Source of the DNA: Octopus bimaculoides
Taxonomy: Eukaryota
Assembly: GCF_001194135.2 (NCBI RefSeq)
Contig: NC_069004.1
Location: 15,881,450 to 15,915,918 of the forward strand
Reading direction: 5' to 3'
DNA: 34,469 nucleotides
Below, piece after piece: positions 32,561 through 34,469 of the stretch. Position 1 is the stretch's first letter, and every line of letters starts with the position of its first letter. The notes beneath the pieces were generated by a model. It made no database searches, had not been told where the DNA came from, and was given only the letters and a program-made list of their open reading frames with translations. The translations under genes and the position numbers were made by a program.

Positions 32561-34469
32561 TAGACCATAGTCTAGCAAGCTAGGATAGCGACAGCACGGT
32601 ACTAGGGTCGTAGCTTCCATATCTGAATGTACTCTTAGATGCATGATCTGTCAAGGCTATTTATCTTTAACCTTACATACATATATACTTACATACATAT
32701 CTATCAAACTTCTAAACAGAAGCCATTACTATTATTATTCACCATCCCTCTCTTGACAGATCTGTATAACATTTAAGAAATAGCAGCCAACTACCTAAAG
32801 CCACACCTTATTGTCAAGGAAGACGAGGCAAGATATTTATGTATGAACTGTTTTCACATTAATGTCTTTCTCCATCTCCTTTCTTGACAAGCAGTAGAGT
32901 ATGGTATGAGAATATAAATATAAGGAAAAGGCATGGCTATGTGATGTTCGTGGCTTTCCCAAGAATATTATTTCTCTCAGATAAAGGAAACAGGTTTCAG
33001 GCGGGTATTTAAACAGCAAGTTCTGAGATTCGACTCGATGAGAAAATATACTTTATTTCATGGTTGTTATCCTTGTTGTTTAACTCCATGTTAGTTTTGA
33101 TAGAGTAGACTTACAATCAAAAGCATTCCAGCCTTGCCCATTTGGTCGTCTTGTGTAGCAAGGATTGCGATGTCCAGTGTCTTTTCTTTTTAAGATTATA
33201 AGGTGTAGTTTGAGGAAATTTGTTGCTATTCATCACGTCTTTTTACGAGGATTTCTTTCGTCTAAGACAATATAAGAAACATTTGGCTACTATATCTACC
33301 AAGTTTAGAGACCACAATGTTATTTACTCCTTGGCTCGATGTCACACGGTAATGTTAGTTAGCCCTAGATCAGCCTTAATCGATATCCATAATCAAAGGT
33401 ATTCCAAGCGTGACCATCTGTCTTTTTTGGAACAACACAATCTAATAATATGTTCTTTCATTTGATCTGCTATTTCTTGCAAGCCAACCAGGTAGAGGCA
33501 TCTGGCTGAAGTTTCAATGTCGATTTAAAATACTGATATTCTAGTCTGTTTAATCAGTGCATGAAGACAATTACAGTGGGACCCCAACAAAATGATAGAC
33601 CATTATAATAGTAAGAAAGAAAGCAAAATTGTGATTAAGTGAGTTTATATAAGTTCCAATTGAGAACGTTCATTATATCCCGTAGAGAGAGATAAAGACA
33701 AACAATTAAAAAAACGAGAATTGATAAAAAAATTTTCACTATTTGAAGAAAATGTTTTTCTTCCAAGTAGAGTAAACTTTTCTTTCCTGTTTTTTTTTTT
33801 TTTGTGGTGCTCGAAGGCAGGGAAGAAGGGAAGGTGAAAGAAAAAGAGAAGAACGATCAGGTTTCATTTGTGACTAATATCTAAAAAAAAGGCCGTTAGG
33901 TGGAGAAATGTTGCTGTCTTGTGTGTCATCTGCCGAGAAATTAGACATTAGATAGAGTACTGTCTATTGGTTGCCTTGTGTCGAAGGGAACATTACACAG
34001 TTGACTGTCTGTTGTCTCGTGTCATTCAGTTATAGGAGGAGACAGTGGGATGAAAAATTGACAGTGCGTTGAATTATGAGTCATCTGCAGAGATTAACCA
34101 TTAAATAATAAATAGTTTGGTGTTGTCTTATGACATGTGCTGACGAACTGTCCGCCATTGTTTTGTGTGACGTGAGGTAGATACAATGTGTAAAAATAAA
34201 TTTTTAAAATAATAAAATAAATCAGAGGACTCTGGTGGTAGTCAGTGTCGGCAAAAAATATACAATTATACAGAAAAATTCCTGAGTTTTGATAAGTTTT
34301 ATATGGTTGGTACAAGGAGGCACCTGATGTCGTGGGACTCCCCCTTCATCTAAGCAGAACAGTTCTTTGGAGAGGAGGAAGAGGAATGCTTTGATGTTTC
34401 CCCCTTGGACGAAAGATCAGTATCAGTATCCCTTCTCCATATGGCATCCTAATGCATTCAAACATAAAG

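Noticed and set aside
1-34469. CRISPR arrays, rRNA, true tRNA genes or prokaryotic operons
   Set aside because: None seen; the repeats are microsatellites and transposon fragments in a eukaryotic context.

Overview
Repeat-dense, AT-rich eukaryotic non-coding DNA with six N-gaps and many microsatellites. I recognise no intact host protein-coding gene. The SINE families and compound microsatellites resemble those of octopus/coleoid cephalopod genomes (inference from recall, not from a search). The window is a mosaic of decayed transposons: several Penelope-like (PLE) fragments (RT, linker and three different GIY-YIG ends), three carrying recognisable hammerhead ribozyme motifs; a nested pair of Mag/K02A2.6-type Ty3/Gypsy elements plus an inverted deleted relative; RTE and CR1/L2/Jockey-like LINE fragments; DD37D (maT) mariner halves; a hAT/BED fragment; and tRNA-derived SINEs. 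Most notable: (i) a PLE endonuclease bracketed by ~250-bp inverted arms, each holding a minimal hammerhead; (ii) a well-formed type I hammerhead at 3518-3582; (iii) an RTE 3' end whose open frame carries three tandem C2H2-type zinc fingers; (iv) a compact candidate Pol II promoter and first exon at ~29.6-29.96 kb on the minus strand; (v) microhomology-bounded templated insertions in the Gypsy nest. All identities quoted are by-eye estimates.
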